Shown here in pieces: positions 1 to 16,275 of a stretch of 64,000 nt of DNA (position 1 is the stretch's first letter; every line of letters starts with the position of its first letter). Source of the DNA: Octopus vulgaris (Eukaryota); contig OX597818.1 of the NCBI GenBank assembly GCA_951406725.2, positions 84,630,001-84,694,000 on the forward strand, written 5' to 3'. The notes beneath the pieces were generated by a model, which was not told the DNA's origin, did no database searches, and worked only from the letters and a program-made list of their open reading frames with translations. The position numbers and the translations under genes were made by a program.

Positions 1-2086
1 TGCTTGCTTGGGCTTTTTCCTTTAGTTGGCACTCAAGGTTCATTTTCCTGAGTACCAAGGTCAGGGGTATCATATAGAGTATGAGAAGCAACAGAGATAG
101 GCTGTCACCCCGGAAAATCCCTCTTCTGATACCAAGGGTGCCCAAGCTTTTTCCGTAAGATGTCAGTTCAGATTTCCATCCCACCATACTTCTCTTCAGG
201 AAACACGTTACATTCCTCGCAATTCCAAACAGATATAAGCACTCGATGATCCACAAATGTGGAATCATGTTATGAGCTTTGCGATAGTCAATCTAGGCCA
301 TTCCCATATTTGTTCCCTTTTGTTTACAATCTTGCATTACCATTTTGTCTATCAATAATTAATTTTTGGTACTTCCTTCTACAGCCTTTTTGTTACGGTG
401 GTAATACATCGTTCTCATCAAGAAAATTATACATTTCTTCTGCAATTCCTCTTGACAGTAACTTCCACATTAATAGGATGCAGGAAATTGGTCTGTAATT
501 GTCAGCAACATTTCCTTCGGGAACATCACTTTTCTCAACTAGCTCAGGATTTCATCTTCTCTATTGATCAATGCATTAAATTGCTCTGCGATCAATTTAT
601 AGCAATTACTGAACTTTTTTATCAAAAATATGTGTATACAACCAGACCCTGGTGCTTTCTAGCTGCTTATCTTTTTTACTTGTATTTCTAATACTGTCTT
701 CTGTGAAGTGGATAGCCTCTTTCTAGGGATAAAAAGCTGTTTGCTTCAGAGCCATTCAATTGTAGTATTATGTTGTTCTTGCTTATTCCATATCTTTCCC
801 CAAAAAGTCGACTTTCATCAGCATCAGGGACTAATCTTTCATGTTTTTTATCGTCATTGATAAGATCTTTTTTTGTCGATTCTAAACAATTTTTTTTTTT
901 TGCTGGTATTGCTTAATCTGTTGTTCAAACCTATTTCCTTGTTTTGCATGTTGCACTGCTTCAGTTTTTCAATTACAATATTCAGGCCTTTTTGTATCTC
1001 CACCATACTGCCTAACTTTTTCGAATTTCCATTCATTCTTAAGTTCTCCATTTCTTTTCCTGATAAGTATTGATACTACACTGTTGAAGGACTTTATATC
1101 TTCAGAAATTCTCCTCTTCCACCACGGTTGTTTATTTCCTTTTCTATCCGTCGCTTTTCTATTCTCAATAGTTCTCAATCTCATCCTTTCCACCACAATC
1201 CCACTGGCAGCCTTGATATGATTATTTGTTTGTGTGATGTTCTTTGTTTCAACTTGTTACCGAACAATATAGACTTTATTCGTCTCTTGATTTAGTCTCT
1301 ATTGATTTGCCCTTTAAAGTCGCACACAAATTCTCTCCCTTCTGTATTTAATAGATCCACAATTCTGTGTACTACTAATCGATCTTCATTATTTGAGTAG
1401 TCACTGATCTCAATTCTTTCACAATTCACGGTATTATATTCATGCGGACAATTGTCCCTCTCTTCCACTATATTACTTTCATTTCTCGCATGCCCAACCT
1501 CACCCGATATCCTTCTTTTAATAGCTTCTAGCACCAATTCTGTTAACCATCCATTCTTTCGATTTACTCTAACTTGGTCACATAACCTCTATTCAGTAAT
1601 TTCGAACAATTTCATTGCCTTCCATTCATGTGCACTCTTTCGTTTTCTGTACCCTCTGACAGGCACACCATTCGTATCCACTGGGGTGCTCCGGTAGTAA
1701 CACTCTATAACCATCATGCTTACTTGTTTACTCCACCTATGACTTGTAGCACGGCTAACAGTTGCTCGATTACGTCCGGGTCCACCCTACTGTACAGTGG
1801 AGCACCTGCCGGGTGTTGCACCTTCACCACTGGTTCCAGTCCCGTTCACACCGTTATCATCAGTTATTTTACTTGACATTTTCACTCAAAAATGTTTTTT
1901 ATCTTTAGGTTACTACAAACCGGTTTTTTTTTTCGAGACACCACTTCTATCAAGGTACTCTGCCAAGGTGGCAGGGTCCTTGCTCCTCTGGTTTTGGACT
2001 CAGAATATTCCTTCTTTTAGGCTGCTTGCCACCCAAGGCTAACGAGTACAGCCTGTCCGGAGCACTAGTTATTTGAAAGGGCCAGC
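1..2086 (-). mobile_element. Decayed R4/Dong-like (RLE-type) non-LTR retrotransposon, 5' part (5'UTR, N-terminus, RT); continues past window start
   Basis: Minus-strand translation shows RT motifs 'DSQKAHNMIPHLWI' (cf. DYxKAYDxVPHxWI) and 'RGIFRGDSLS' (cf. GIFQGDSLSP) with many stops and frameshifts. GC-richer 5'UTR at ~1935-2086 abuts an (AAT)n tract. Confidence 0.7.
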
Positions 2087-2131
2087 TTATTATTGTTGTT
2101 GTTGTTGTTATTGTTATTATCCTCATCATCA

Positions 2132-2184
<53 letters not shown>

Positions 2185-3049
2185 AATTTCAAATTTCGCC
2201 TAGGTCGACTTTGCCTTTCATCCTTTCGGGATTGATTAAATAAGCACCAGTTACGCACGGAGGGTCGATATAATGAATGTATTCCTTTCCTCTAGCACCA
2301 GCAGCAGCATTAGTAGTAGTAGTAATAGTAGTAGCAGCAGCAGCAAATACTATTACATGCTAATTTAAATTGAATCCATACACTCGGCGAATAATGCAAT
2401 CTTCTATTGTCACAATCATTCCTGCGCTTATACTTTTTGTACTTTAACTTACTTAAGATAGCTTACCGGCAAATCGTTAATATTCACGCCCACTTTTTCA
2501 CAGATTGTACGTTTGCCCTCTGACTGAGATTTATTAATCTTTGTTTATATTTACTTTATTCTAATTCTTTTTCTCGAGCAGCTATAAAAGACGATCAGCT
2601 TCTTATTTCAAGTTTCCATCTGTTACCAACAACCAGCATTCATACTTCTAACATACTCGCTTTGTTGCATGTATTGGCCATGTAATTTCTTTTCTTTCCA
2701 GCTATTTGTTCTGTCGTACTTCTTTCTCTCTTTGAATTCTTTTACTATTTCAAAGAATGTTTCTTTTTTGGTAATTGAAGACTGTCAGTATTACTTTTTA
2801 AGTGGTGCGTGAGGAGAATTCTGAGCAGCTTCTTAGTTCTATCTGATTTCTGTAGCTCTCTGTCGTTGTCCACTAAGGAGTTCTGTGCGGGTTCTTCTGA
2901 AAATAATAACAAAGATGGCCATAACGGTTTTTTTTTTATTAACTGTCATAAGTCATTCATATTACACATATTGGTTGAGTTGCTATTCCTTTGCTCAAGG
3001 GTAGAACTCAGCAATAGCCTCAATCAGAAGTAACACGTTTGTGACATCG

Positions 3050-3990
3050 TTGAAACCAGATCTTGATCTTGAAAAACTTTATATATGCACTGTTGTACCC
3101 ACTTCTTCACAACCACTTTCACCTCGTCTGTTTCACCAATCATTGTCCTTGAACATACTGTCCTTTATTGGGCCGAACAGGTGAAAGTCAGTGTGTACCA
3201 GATTCAAGCTGCAACAGCGAATAGAGAAACCATTGACCAACCAAATTTGCTGATTGCTTGATTTGTTTTTAAATGTGTGTATGGTCGCGCATTGTCAAGG
3301 ATAATATAGATCCTTTTCATAGTCTTATTCGCTGTCTTACATCTAATGACTTCTCTTCAAAGACCATTTGTTGTTCGTGGTACAGCTACGTTGCAGAAAA
3401 TCAACCAGTACGATGCCCTTGTCATAAAGAGAGTTACACAAACAGTCGCCGACTCTTCAATTTCGTAGGTCTTGGAGAAGAAGTGTCACGCCATTCCTTA
3501 AACAGAGTCTTCATTTCCAGATCATTGAAAATACGCCAACGCTTCATCCTTAGTTATCAGATCAGAAAGAGACGCATCTTCGTTGGTTTCAAAAGCTTCA
3601 GGTAGATCAGAGTAAATGTGTACCTTTCTCTCCTTTAAGTCAGATGTCAGCTGCCGAAATAACTACTTTGTACAAACTTACAGATACCCAAAATCTTCCA
3701 GCATCTTTCGTTGTGCAATCAAGCTCATTGATTGCAGTTCACCTGTCCATGCGAATTAGTTTGTCTATTTGGGGATTATATAAGTGGTACTAGTTGTTGG
3801 TTTCCTAATGCAGGGCTTGTCTTCAATACCGGTTTCACTTTCTTCAATTTTCTCCATCCATCTTTGAACAGTACTCTTAGCATTGATACTATGTCTCTAA
3901 ACAACCTGTAGCTTTCTCTTGAACAGCCTGCACCACGCCTTTGTCAAAAAATCATTAATGACGCGTTACAAATATTTACTTGCAATGAAG
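3050..3990 (-). mobile_element. Mariner transposase remnant
   Basis: Minus strand near 3165-3200 reads 'HTDFHLFGPIK' (degenerate YSPDLAPSDFHLF motif); the rest is heavily disrupted. Confidence 0.6.
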
Positions 3991-4334
3991 ATGGACAAGA
4001 AAATTCATTATATAGAATTACACCAAAGACAGAGGTGAACGACTTTTTTTAGTTGAATAAAATGTTCTGCTCCCTTTTGCTTTACTTTCGGGATTTTACA
4101 CATATTTCCCTATATATATATATTACATTACAGGGTAGGGGTCTTTCTATTCTCATATGTATTCATTAATCCTATATTTCTCTATAATACATTCTTTTAC
4201 CATAAGTCTTCACTCTATATATTTATTATCATATAGACTGATTGATATATATATATATATATATATATAATTCACGCAGTTATTGCTCACGAAGCTACTA
4301 TTTTAAAGGTTAAAGCAAATTGGATACACCAATT

Positions 4335-4374
<40 letters not shown>

Positions 4375-5054
4375 TACACACATACATACATGATGATGGT
4401 CCACTCGTTACCGAGGAAAACTATTGCTGACCTTTAAGAACATTGTGTGCTGTAGGACTAACATATATTTTGCATCATTTGCGGCTCCGTTGATGGCTAA
4501 AGAGGCCTGCACACATTGCATACACGACTGGAACCATTGCAAACCAAGCTTTTCCAATATAGTTATAGTGGTTCGGGTGGAAATAGTATATAATTGCAAA
4601 AGAACTATGTATATATATATATTATGTATAACGCATTCTCAGCAGATTTTGTTCCATCACTTACTAGTGTGTTAGCAGTCATTTATTTTAGTTTTGAACT
4701 GCACTCCCGAAAATATCTAAAGGTTCAATCTAACTCTATCAGCCAGAGGGAGGAAGGGATGTATACAATGTCATTTCACGCACAATATTTCTGAGCAGAA
4801 AAAGAAGAAACAACCAGACTTATTTGAATTTTGAAGTAGATTTTCATCAGTAACCAAATAGCTTGTTTAACTGTTTCAACACAGGATTGAAACTAGTTCG
4901 ATAGATTCCTCTTTTTTTTGTACATACAAAGATATCATCTATTCAAACAAGGTGTTTTCATCTGTCTATACATACAGTGTTAGCTAAAAGTTTATTGATA
5001 TATTCTGCAGTGAAGTAATATTGTATTGAAATATATTAAAAAAATACTAGCTCC

Positions 5055-5110
<56 letters not shown>

Positions 5111-5842
5111 ATATATATATGTATATATATATATGCTATCATGTAGTTTCCTATATAATCTTTTATTCTCTTATCATACTGTTTCCCATATACTTCCTTA
5201 TATAATCTCTTGTTGTGTATCCCATAATTCTCAGTTAATAACTGCGAAACTATGTCACAAATAAACAAAATACGAACAGCAGAACAACAACAACGAGGAC
5301 GACAACGACGACGACAACAACAATAACAACAATGAAAACAGCAACAACAAAAATATCAAAAATTTCTTCATTTTAAAAATCTCATGAAATACCTTTTAAA
5401 ATAACAATTTAAAAAAACATTTTCTTCATAGCTTCCCGAATTTTTATTTATTTATTCATTGCATTTTCTGAATTTTTCGTTTATTTTGTAAACAACATAT
5501 ATATCTGTGTGTGTATGTGTGTGTCTGTGTGTCTGTGTGTTTGTGATTATTTATATTTTTTTTGGTGTATAATTACCTTCAGAATTGATGTACAAAAACA
5601 GCTTATCATCGTTATAATCACTTATAGCGTTAATTACAATTTCTTCTTTGTCTATCATATTATATTAATCTGTCTGTTTGTCTGCTTCTCATTCTTTCCT
5701 CTTTTACTTTACAGTAATTTCTGGAGGAAAAAAAAATAACAAGTCACGTGTTATCTTTGTTATTGTTGAAGTTACCGCCATGTTTGTAATTGTTTCTCAT
5801 GTTGCACTAGTTGTTCTTCATTTTCTTCTACTTCTTGTCATC

Positions 5843-5905
5843 AGCACCAGCAGCAACAGCAGCAACAGCAGCAACAGCAGCAGCAGCAGCAGTAGCAGCA
5901 GCAGC

Positions 5906-5973
<68 letters not shown>

Positions 5974-6130
5974 AAGCAGTGGTAGTAGTAGTAGTAGTAA
6001 CAGCAGCAGCAATAATAATAGTAGTAGTAGTCGTAGTAGTAGTAGTAGTAGTAGTAGAAGCAGCAGCAGTAGCAGTAGTAGTAATAGTAGTAGAAACAGA
6101 AGTAGAGGTGGTGGTGGTGGTGGTGGTGGT

Positions 6131-6175
<45 letters not shown>

Positions 6176-6442
6176 ATAGTTGTTCTTGGCACCGTTACCT
6201 TTAGCGTTATTTATATCACCTCTATTGTTATTGATAAGATTATTAATTATTATCATTATCATTATTACTATCACTACTTCTGCTACCACAACTACAACTA
6301 CTAAACTACAACTACGACGACGATGATTGCTCCTGCTATAATTATGACTACTACTAATAATACTATTACTATTAATACTATTATCATTATTATTATTATG
6401 ATTATTATTATTAATATTATTACCATTATCATTATCATTCTT

Positions 6443-6473
<31 letters not shown>

Positions 6474-6543
6474 TTATTATTATTATTATTACTATTATTA
6501 TTATTATTATTATTATCATTATCATTGTTATTATTATTATTAA

Positions 6544-6579
<36 letters not shown>

Positions 6580-6630
6580 CATTATTATTATTATTATCAT
6601 CATTATTATTATTGTTATTATTATTATTCC
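5843..6630. repeat. Compound trinucleotide microsatellite (CAG/TAG/GGT/ATT/CTT)
   Basis: Seen directly; it explains the homopolymeric ORFs in the track. Confidence 0.95.
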
Positions 6631-6719
6631 TATATCGGATTTTTTTAATATTTTGTTCCATAATTTGAAAAACTATTTTCTTTCTTCATCTATTTATTGC
6701 ATTACATGTTAGTTATACG

Positions 6720-8800
<2,081 letters not shown>

Positions 8801-9235
8801 GTATATATATAAAGAGGTAGTATGTATATTTGGAAGAATATATGCACATTTACTAACATACACTTATAAACATGCAATTATGCTTACATTCATACATACC
8901 CCTATGTAAAATACTCTACAGATAGTTTATTTGCATAATGAATTTATACTATTGTGAAAAATAAACAAAGGATTGCCGAAACATTCCATTGTTGTTTTGT
9001 TTAAATATATATTGTCTTTCACGATTTTCTTCTGGTTTTGAGGGCGTATATGTGTTTGTGTGTGCGTATGCACTTGTGCCACTGTCTTTCTTTCGATGGG
9101 ATTTCATATATATATATACACATACATACATACATACATACATACATACATACATACATACATACATACTTACATACGGACAGACAGACATACAGGCAGA
9201 TAGATAGATAGACATTCGGACGCAATATATACTGA

Positions 9236-9629
9236 TATACTCTTTTACTCTTTTACTTGTTTCAGTCATTTGACTGCGGCCATGCTGGAGCACCGCCTTT
9301 AGTCAAGCAAATCGATCCCAGGACTTATTCTTTGTAAGCCCATTACTTATTCTATCGGTCTCTTTTTCCGAACCGCTAAGGGACGGGGACGTAAACACAC
9401 CAGCATCGGTTGTCAAGCAATGCTAGGGGGACAAACACAGACACACAAACACATACACACACATATATATACATATATACGACAGGCTTCTTTCAGTTTC
9501 CGTCTACCAAATCCACTCACAAGGCATTAGTCGGCCCGGGGCTATAGCAGACACTTGCCCAAGATGCCACGCAGTGGGACTGAACCCAGAACCATGTGGT
9601 TGGTTAGCAAGCTACTTACCACACAGCCA
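9236..9629 (-). mobile_element. tRNA-derived SINE (main family; other copies at 16005, 26132, 29730)
   Basis: Minus strand has A box TGGCTGTGTGG, B-box-like GGGTTCAGTCC, an internal microsatellite and an (AAAAGAGT)n tail; it aligns by eye with 26132-26552. Confidence 0.85.
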
Positions 9630-9849
9630 ATTGTATATTTCCATGTGTATGGTTATAGTGTATATGTTTATGGCATATATTTAAACTAATATTTATATTT
9701 TATGTGCATATATAGCTACATGTATGTATGTACGTTCGCATGTATGCATGCATGCAGGTATCAATGTATATATATGTTCAAATTTGTATGTTTTGTTTTA
9801 CGTATGTATTCTCATGCATATATTTTCATATCTAGACACGCTCATATAT

Positions 9850-10160
9850 ATTTAAGTGATAAACTTCTGGAAAGTTTTACAGAATTTTACTGTTCCAGAG
9901 ATGGATTGGATCTGTAGTCTTCGAAATAACTTTCTCCTTTCACGTGTTGAGAAATCTAATTTATCGATATTGGTATTTAGGCAACGCGTTACATATCCTA
10001 GAACCCCAATAATTACAGGTATAAACCTGATCTTGTAATCTGGATAGAGTAATGGCAGATTTCTCAATAGTTTAGTGTAGATATTCTCGCTTTTACTTCA
10101 TCTTCAGTATAACGTTAACATCCACTGGGCAGCTAATTTCCACAACAGTACACAGTTTCT
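9850..10160 (-). mobile_element. 3' fragment of RLE-type (R4-like) LINE
   Basis: ORF 9852-10067 'LLYPDYKIRFIPVIIGVLGYV...LQIQSISGTVK' matches the RLE C-terminal PxxxGALG pattern; paralogous to 12700-12960. Confidence 0.7.
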
Positions 10161-10373
10161 CTTATATTTATGTATGTATGTATGTATGTATGTATGTATG
10201 TATGTATGTATGTATGTATGTATATATGTATGTATGTATGCATGTATGTATGTATGTATGTATGTATGTATGTATGCATGCATGCATGCATACGTATAAC
10301 AGACGCAAACGCATACGCACGCACACTATGTGCATATTATATATTTAGATCGATGTATGTGTGTGTATATATG

Positions 10374-10455
<82 letters not shown>

Positions 10456-10460
<5 letters not shown>

Positions 10461-11035
10461 AAAATAGGATAAAATTTTTTTAAGAATTTATCAAGTAGTC
10501 AGCATGAAAAACCTCATAAGACAAAAATTCACCAATTTTTTCACTTAAATATATTTATTTATATTATTTAGAAGGTATTACTACACATAAATACCACACG
10601 CTAGCAGGGACTCTTAAAATCAAAACTACTAAAATAAATAAACACATCGTACCGAATGCAACTCTCGAAGCAAGTCATTTAAAAGCAGAATTTAGCTGCA
10701 TATCACTGTGATTTCATAATGAGTGCAGTGGTGCACTCTTTATTCATCAGTGCAAGCATAATTCAAGATTTATAATGAATGAACAAAATCAACATACCAG
10801 ATGAACAACCATCGTATCCAACATAGCATATAGAAATATTCCCCCCTTATTCATCTATGTAAATGGCGGGCTTTTTCGAATTGCATTTCGGAAACAACGT
10901 GCTTATTCGGAATAAAAAATCAGTACTGAATATACTCCGGTTAGATTTACAATTTAAAATTAGGATAAAATCTTTATAAGAATTTATCAAGTAGTCAGCG
11001 GGAAAAAATCATAAGAGAAAAAATCCACCAATTTA
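10456..11035 (-). mobile_element. ORF-less, direct-repeat-flanked element carrying a hammerhead ribozyme (Penelope pLTR/retrozyme-like)
   Basis: ~85-bp direct repeats at 10456-10540 and 10950-11035 (AGGATAAAAT...AAGAATTTATCAAGTAGTCAGC...CACCAATTT) flank the HHR; the element abuts (TA)n. Confidence 0.7.
10695..10757 (-). ncRNA. Type I hammerhead ribozyme, canonical core
   Basis: Minus strand: GCTTGCA CTGATGA ATAAAGAGTGCA-CCAC-TGCACTCATTAT GAAA TCAC-A-GTGA TA TGCAGC. All three stems pair; predicted cleavage after AUA (10701/10700). Confidence 0.85.
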
Positions 11036-11339
11036 TGAAAAAATGTGAGTGGATATATAAAATATGTATGCATATATTATATTCATATAAATATTAATCT
11101 TTATGTTCATCAAACAGATTTACCATGTTATATTGAAACAATTTTAACTGTAGAATTAAACATAATACAGAAACTACTAGCCTTCAATTGAATGAACACA
11201 GACATATGTATATATGGTGAGTGAAATATATACATACATACATACGTACATACATACATACATATAGACAGACAGTGATAGACAGATAGGTATGTGTGTA
11301 TGAATATATATATATCGTCTCTAATACGTCCTCAGCTGC

Positions 11340-12300
11340 TCGAGTATCTACCCATGCTAGGTATGCGGACTATGCAAAAGCTTCTCATACAGAACCCTTG
11401 AGATGCTGTATTTCTGCAACGTGAGTTGTACACAGTATACAGGTGGACTGAGGAAAATAACATGCAGATTAATGCTGGAAAAATCCAAGCCCTGTGCTAC
11501 CAATACAGGAAGCTCAATGCAAAGTAGATAAGATACATTGGCCCATGAGGTGTTCCAATACACAAATCAAAATCAGTGCGTGACCTGGGCATCGACATGA
11601 GTAATGATGCATCTTTTCAGGTGCACATTACCAAGTAATAAAATAATATGCAGACATCTGACCAGATGGATTCTTCGAATTTTTAAAGCAAGAGAAAGGG
11701 AAGCTGTGATGGTCCTCTGGAGGAATTTCCTTCTCAACTGTCTGGATTACTGGTCACCAAACAGTATAAAATGAACGACGGAACTTTAGGGGATGCAGCG
11801 AAGCTACACAAGGAAGATTGATACAATGTGGCATGTCAGCTACTAGGAGAGACTGAAAGAGTTAAGACTCTACTCCTTGGAGCGAAAGCGGGAAAGATAT
11901 GCAGTAATGTACATCAGGAAAATCCTAGCAATACTTTTTCCAAACTTTGTCATTGTGACTTACACGAACAGCAGGACGGAAGCTACTTCATGGTACTAAA
12001 GGTCCCAACGTTACTATCATAATACGGGACCAGTTACTGTAACAGCTTGGGTTTCAAAGTCCCACAGTCGTTTCAATATCCTCCCACGAAACCTGAGAGA
12101 CTGGCTTGGATGTAAGCTTTTTCAAAACAAAACTACAAGATATCCTTCTGTTAAGAGTTTCAATTGAACCTACCTCTAGGCAAGAAATACAGATCAGGGC
12201 AGCAACCGCTAACTTCCTTATTCACCAAATGTCAAATATCAAAGGAAGTTTAGTGAAAGAGTGGCAAAGTAATTTACAAAATAATTTTCGATGCCATCCG
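11340..12300 (+). mobile_element. CR1/L2-like LINE 3' remnant
   Basis: 'DLGIDMSNDASFQVHITK', 'WILRIFKARE', 'LDYWSP' resemble the RT C-terminal region; related to 56755-57093. Confidence 0.7.
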
Positions 12301-12324
12301 CAAGAAAGACTGTCCTGAAATAAA

Positions 12325-12475
12325 CTTACAAAATTCCTCTTTTATGGAATACATTCATAAACATCAACTCAAGGAACACTGGTGGAATATTCTCATCAAA
12401 ACTTCTGTCAAATGTAAACATAACAGGCCGGATATTGTTGTTTGGGACAGAAGGGCAAAAATATGTACCATCATA

Positions 12476-12532
<57 letters not shown>

Positions 12533-12563
12533 CAGCAGTAGTAGTAGTAGTAGTAGTGGCAGC

Positions 12564-12645
<82 letters not shown>

Positions 12646-13060
12646 ACAGCAGCAGCAATAATAATAGTAGTAGTCGTAGTAGTAGTAGAAGCAGCCGCTG
12701 ATATAAATATATCTTTGAAAATCAAAGGAAAAGAGGATATCTATGGATAACTGTTTCGAAACCTCCAGCTTTTCTATCCAGATTATGAATTCATATTCAT
12801 ACCAATAAGAATTGGAGCACTAGGTTTTGTTAGTAAATGCTTTAAAGAGAATCTGGATAATCTGGAATTTTCAGAAAGAGAAATTGATCGGCTGATTTGT
12901 ACATTACAAGTCGAATTTGTGAGTGGAACAGTAAAAATACGCAAGACTTTTCTCAAGTTCCAAATGTGAGTTTGTCTGTGTTAACGACATCCAAAAGATG
13001 GAGCACTGTATCTTTGTTGGAAACCGGCTCCCACCTCAGTGGAAGATTTATAATAATTAA
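12325..13060 (+). mobile_element. RLE endonuclease domain remnant of R4-like LINE interrupted by a microsatellite
   Basis: 'CKHNRPDIVVWD...ICTIIE' [(GTA)n 12477-12690] 'ADINISLKIKGKEDIY...FIPIRIGALGFV': PD-(D/E)xK RLE motifs. Confidence 0.8.
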
Positions 13061-13339
13061 AATATAGAAGAGACACATATATACAAATACAAATAGCTGA
13101 ATCTGAAGGTAATGTTTAAAACTTTTGTTGATTCTCCGAGATCGGTAAGCTCGAAGCCGTTCATGTTTCATTTAAATTGTAAAAAATACATATGCGCAAA
13201 AGTGTTTCAAGAGGCTCGACATAAAAGAGAAGAACTATACATAGTGGTTAGTTCGAGGCCTAGGTTATTGGATACAAGAGGCTCGATGAAATGTGGAGAG
13301 GGTGAATTGATCGGGGTGGAGAAGAGAGGAGTCTGCATG

Positions 13340-14280
13340 GTGCAGGTACTACACCAGCCAGTTCTGATGGACAGAGGCCATTAAAGTAACGATAAAGATA
13401 GCGAGAGGAGGTAACACACTTGTGGGCCAGAGTCTGGAACGTGGATGAAATGATTTGCTCAAAAACAACACGCATCGTTCGGTTCGGGAATCGAAACCAC
13501 GGTCTTAAAACGTAAGCGCTACACCATAATCACAAGGCCACGCGCTATCATATCATAGTCGCGACCCAAGTGATATTCAGACCGACAAATATTTTATGCA
13601 AATCGAAATTCAGTGATAAACGCTAACCGAAATGGAATCGTTGATACGTTCTCCGTGATTTCATGAAGGGATTAATGATATCCTCTCTTCTATAGACACA
13701 AGGCCGGAAACTCTGGGGATGGGGCTCATCGAAAGACAGCAGTTTAAGGTAGAAGTAAAGGGTAAAGATCCCCTTCGGTCATGAATGACCATGGGATTGC
13801 ACCTAAAAAGCTCCCATCCGAGGCACAAGTCCCCGCAAAGTTGTTTATGGAAGATCAGCAGTCACCCATGCATACTAGCTTCTCCTCTCCGTGCCACCAT
13901 TGTTATTCAAAGAAAAGGCAAAGGTCGATCCAGCTTGGCACCAGTGACGTCGCAACTCATTTCTACAGCTGAGTCAACTGGTGCAACGTGAAATAAAGTG
14001 TCTTGCTCAAGAGCACAACACACAGCCCGGTTCGGGAATCGAACTCACAAACTCATGATTGTGAGCCCGAAGCTCGAGTCATTGAGCCATGCGCCTTCAT
14101 AGAGGTTGGAGTAAGTCGATTACATCGACCGTAGTGCTCAACTGGTACTTATTTTATCGACTCCTACATTATGAAAAGTAAAGTCAACCTCGACGCAATT
14201 TGAACTCACAGCATAAAGACGGACGAAATGCCGCTAAGCATTATGTCCAGCGCGTTAACAATTCTTCCGGCTTTCTACCT
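13340..14280 (-). mobile_element. Cluster of tRNA-derived SINE copies (approx. 13340-13550, 13750-14100, 14105-14280)
   Basis: Reverse-complement B boxes (GGGAATCGAAACC, GGGAATCGAACTC, AATTTGAACTC) and bodies shared with other copies. Confidence 0.75.
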
Positions 14281-14754
14281 TGAAGAGGTCAGTAATATAA
14301 AAAGTTTGCCGACATCTGGTCTAGTGGATCACGATTGATCTAAAGTCAAATAGCAACAACAACAGCAGCAGCAGCAGTAATACTATATCACTGCAATCTA
14401 AGCGAGAACACGTGAGGAAAAAGTTTGAATGACGTTTGGATGTGCGAGGAACAATGAAACCAGTCATCATCTGGGAGTGCGAATATTTATTAAGACAGAT
14501 GGAGAGGTCATGGATGTTGTAGGAAATGTTTTTCTTACCCTCTTTCCTTTCTCTCGTTTTCTACTTTTCTCTCTTTCTGTCTCTTTCTTTCTCTCTCTCT
14601 ATCCTCCTCTCCCTCTCTTTCTCTTCAGAGACCTGGAATTTCCTTTCTCGATAGACTTATGTAGAATCTATCAGAGCTTCCGGAGCCGCAGTGAGCTGTC
14701 ATTTCCCACTGATATTCATGAGAGTTGTTTACCAACGGAACCAAAAGATGATTG

Positions 14755-14777
14755 AAATAATAATAATAATAATAATG

Positions 14778-14865
<88 letters not shown>

Positions 14866-14938
14866 TGATGATGATAATAATAATAATAATAATGATGATA
14901 ATAATGATAATAATTATTATAATAACAACAACAGTAAC

Positions 14939-14995
<57 letters not shown>

Positions 14996-15100
14996 TCCAT
15001 TTATTTGCCATAAGTGTGAAGGATGAGGGGGCAGTACAAAGACAGCCATAAAGTATGGGGGTTTACATATAATGAAATGATAAAAAAAGGAAAGAAAAAT

Positions 15101-15150
<50 letters not shown>
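14755..15150. repeat. (AAT)n microsatellites
   Basis: Seen directly. Confidence 0.95.
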
Positions 15151-15153
<3 letters not shown>

Positions 15154-16004
15154 GAAATTGCCATTTTTAGGATCAAAAATAATGTTGTGAGATGGACAGG
15201 ATTTTCATCTTCCTACGTTCTGTTAGAGATATACGATAATGAGAAACAGGTGTTGGAGAAGGAAAGAAGGATTGTACATGTAGGTATGTCCGTGTGTATA
15301 TGTGCATATGTGTAGGGGGCGTGTGTATTGGGGATGTTGATTTGATGTAGTGAGTGTTGGGGTGATAGTGATGATGATGATGATTATCTTCATCATGATC
15401 ATGACCATCATCATCATCATGAAAGGAGGAGGCGGAATAGGATGTTGCTTGAATGTATGGTGCACAATAATGCTATGTTGTTTAAGAAGCTATTTTTGCA
15501 TAGCTCTCTCAGAGGAAGAGGGTCAATTCGCAGAACAATTTTGCTGAAATAAGGTTTGTGGCGAATGAGAGAAGATACAGAAAACTCAGGTGTTGTTACA
15601 GTAGAGAGAAAGATCTGAAGACAGCGTGATCTCAAACTTTACACTTGATACGAACATTTGCAACTTGGTGGATATTAAAAAAAAAAAAGCACAAAGACAA
15701 GGTCAAGAGCATGAAATGCAGTGGACTCTGCTAAAAGTACCTGAAAACAATCTACAAGCACTTGTAACAAAGTGAACCCAGCTAAAAGCATCTAAAGACC
15801 AGGCACATATCTTTCCAATATAGGGAATCAGCTGGAAGAACTCAAATAATCAAACACGTGCACATACAACATGGTGGAGTCCTCTAAATGCACTCAAGAA
15901 ACAGGTGATAAAAATACTGCTTACTGGCCAAATCTTCGTATCTTGGTTGTTCTTAACGTACAAAGCCTTTATAGTACAGTTGTATCAGAGGCGTCTCACT
16001 ATGT

Positions 16005-16194
16005 ATGCGCAGGTGTGGCTGTGTAGTAAGAAGCTTTCATCAAAACCACATGCTTCCGGGTTCAGTCCCACTGCGTGACACCTTGGACAAGTATCTTTTA
16101 CCGTAGTCTCAGGCCAACCAAAACTTTGTGGGTGAATTTGGTAGACGGAATCTCAAAGAAGCTGCCTTATATATATACACACATATACATAGAT

Positions 16195-16243
<49 letters not shown>

Positions 16244-16244
16244 C

Positions 16245-16275
<31 letters not shown>

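Noticed and set aside
2345-3010. Possible second LINE N-terminal remnant on the minus strand
   Set aside because: Composition resembles the neighbouring LINE but I could not read a diagnostic motif.
5678-6712. Long ORFs (208 and 277 aa) of poly-S/T/N/I
   Set aside because: Translations of trinucleotide microsatellites; the same applies to the many YI/HT/CV-repeat ORFs across the window.
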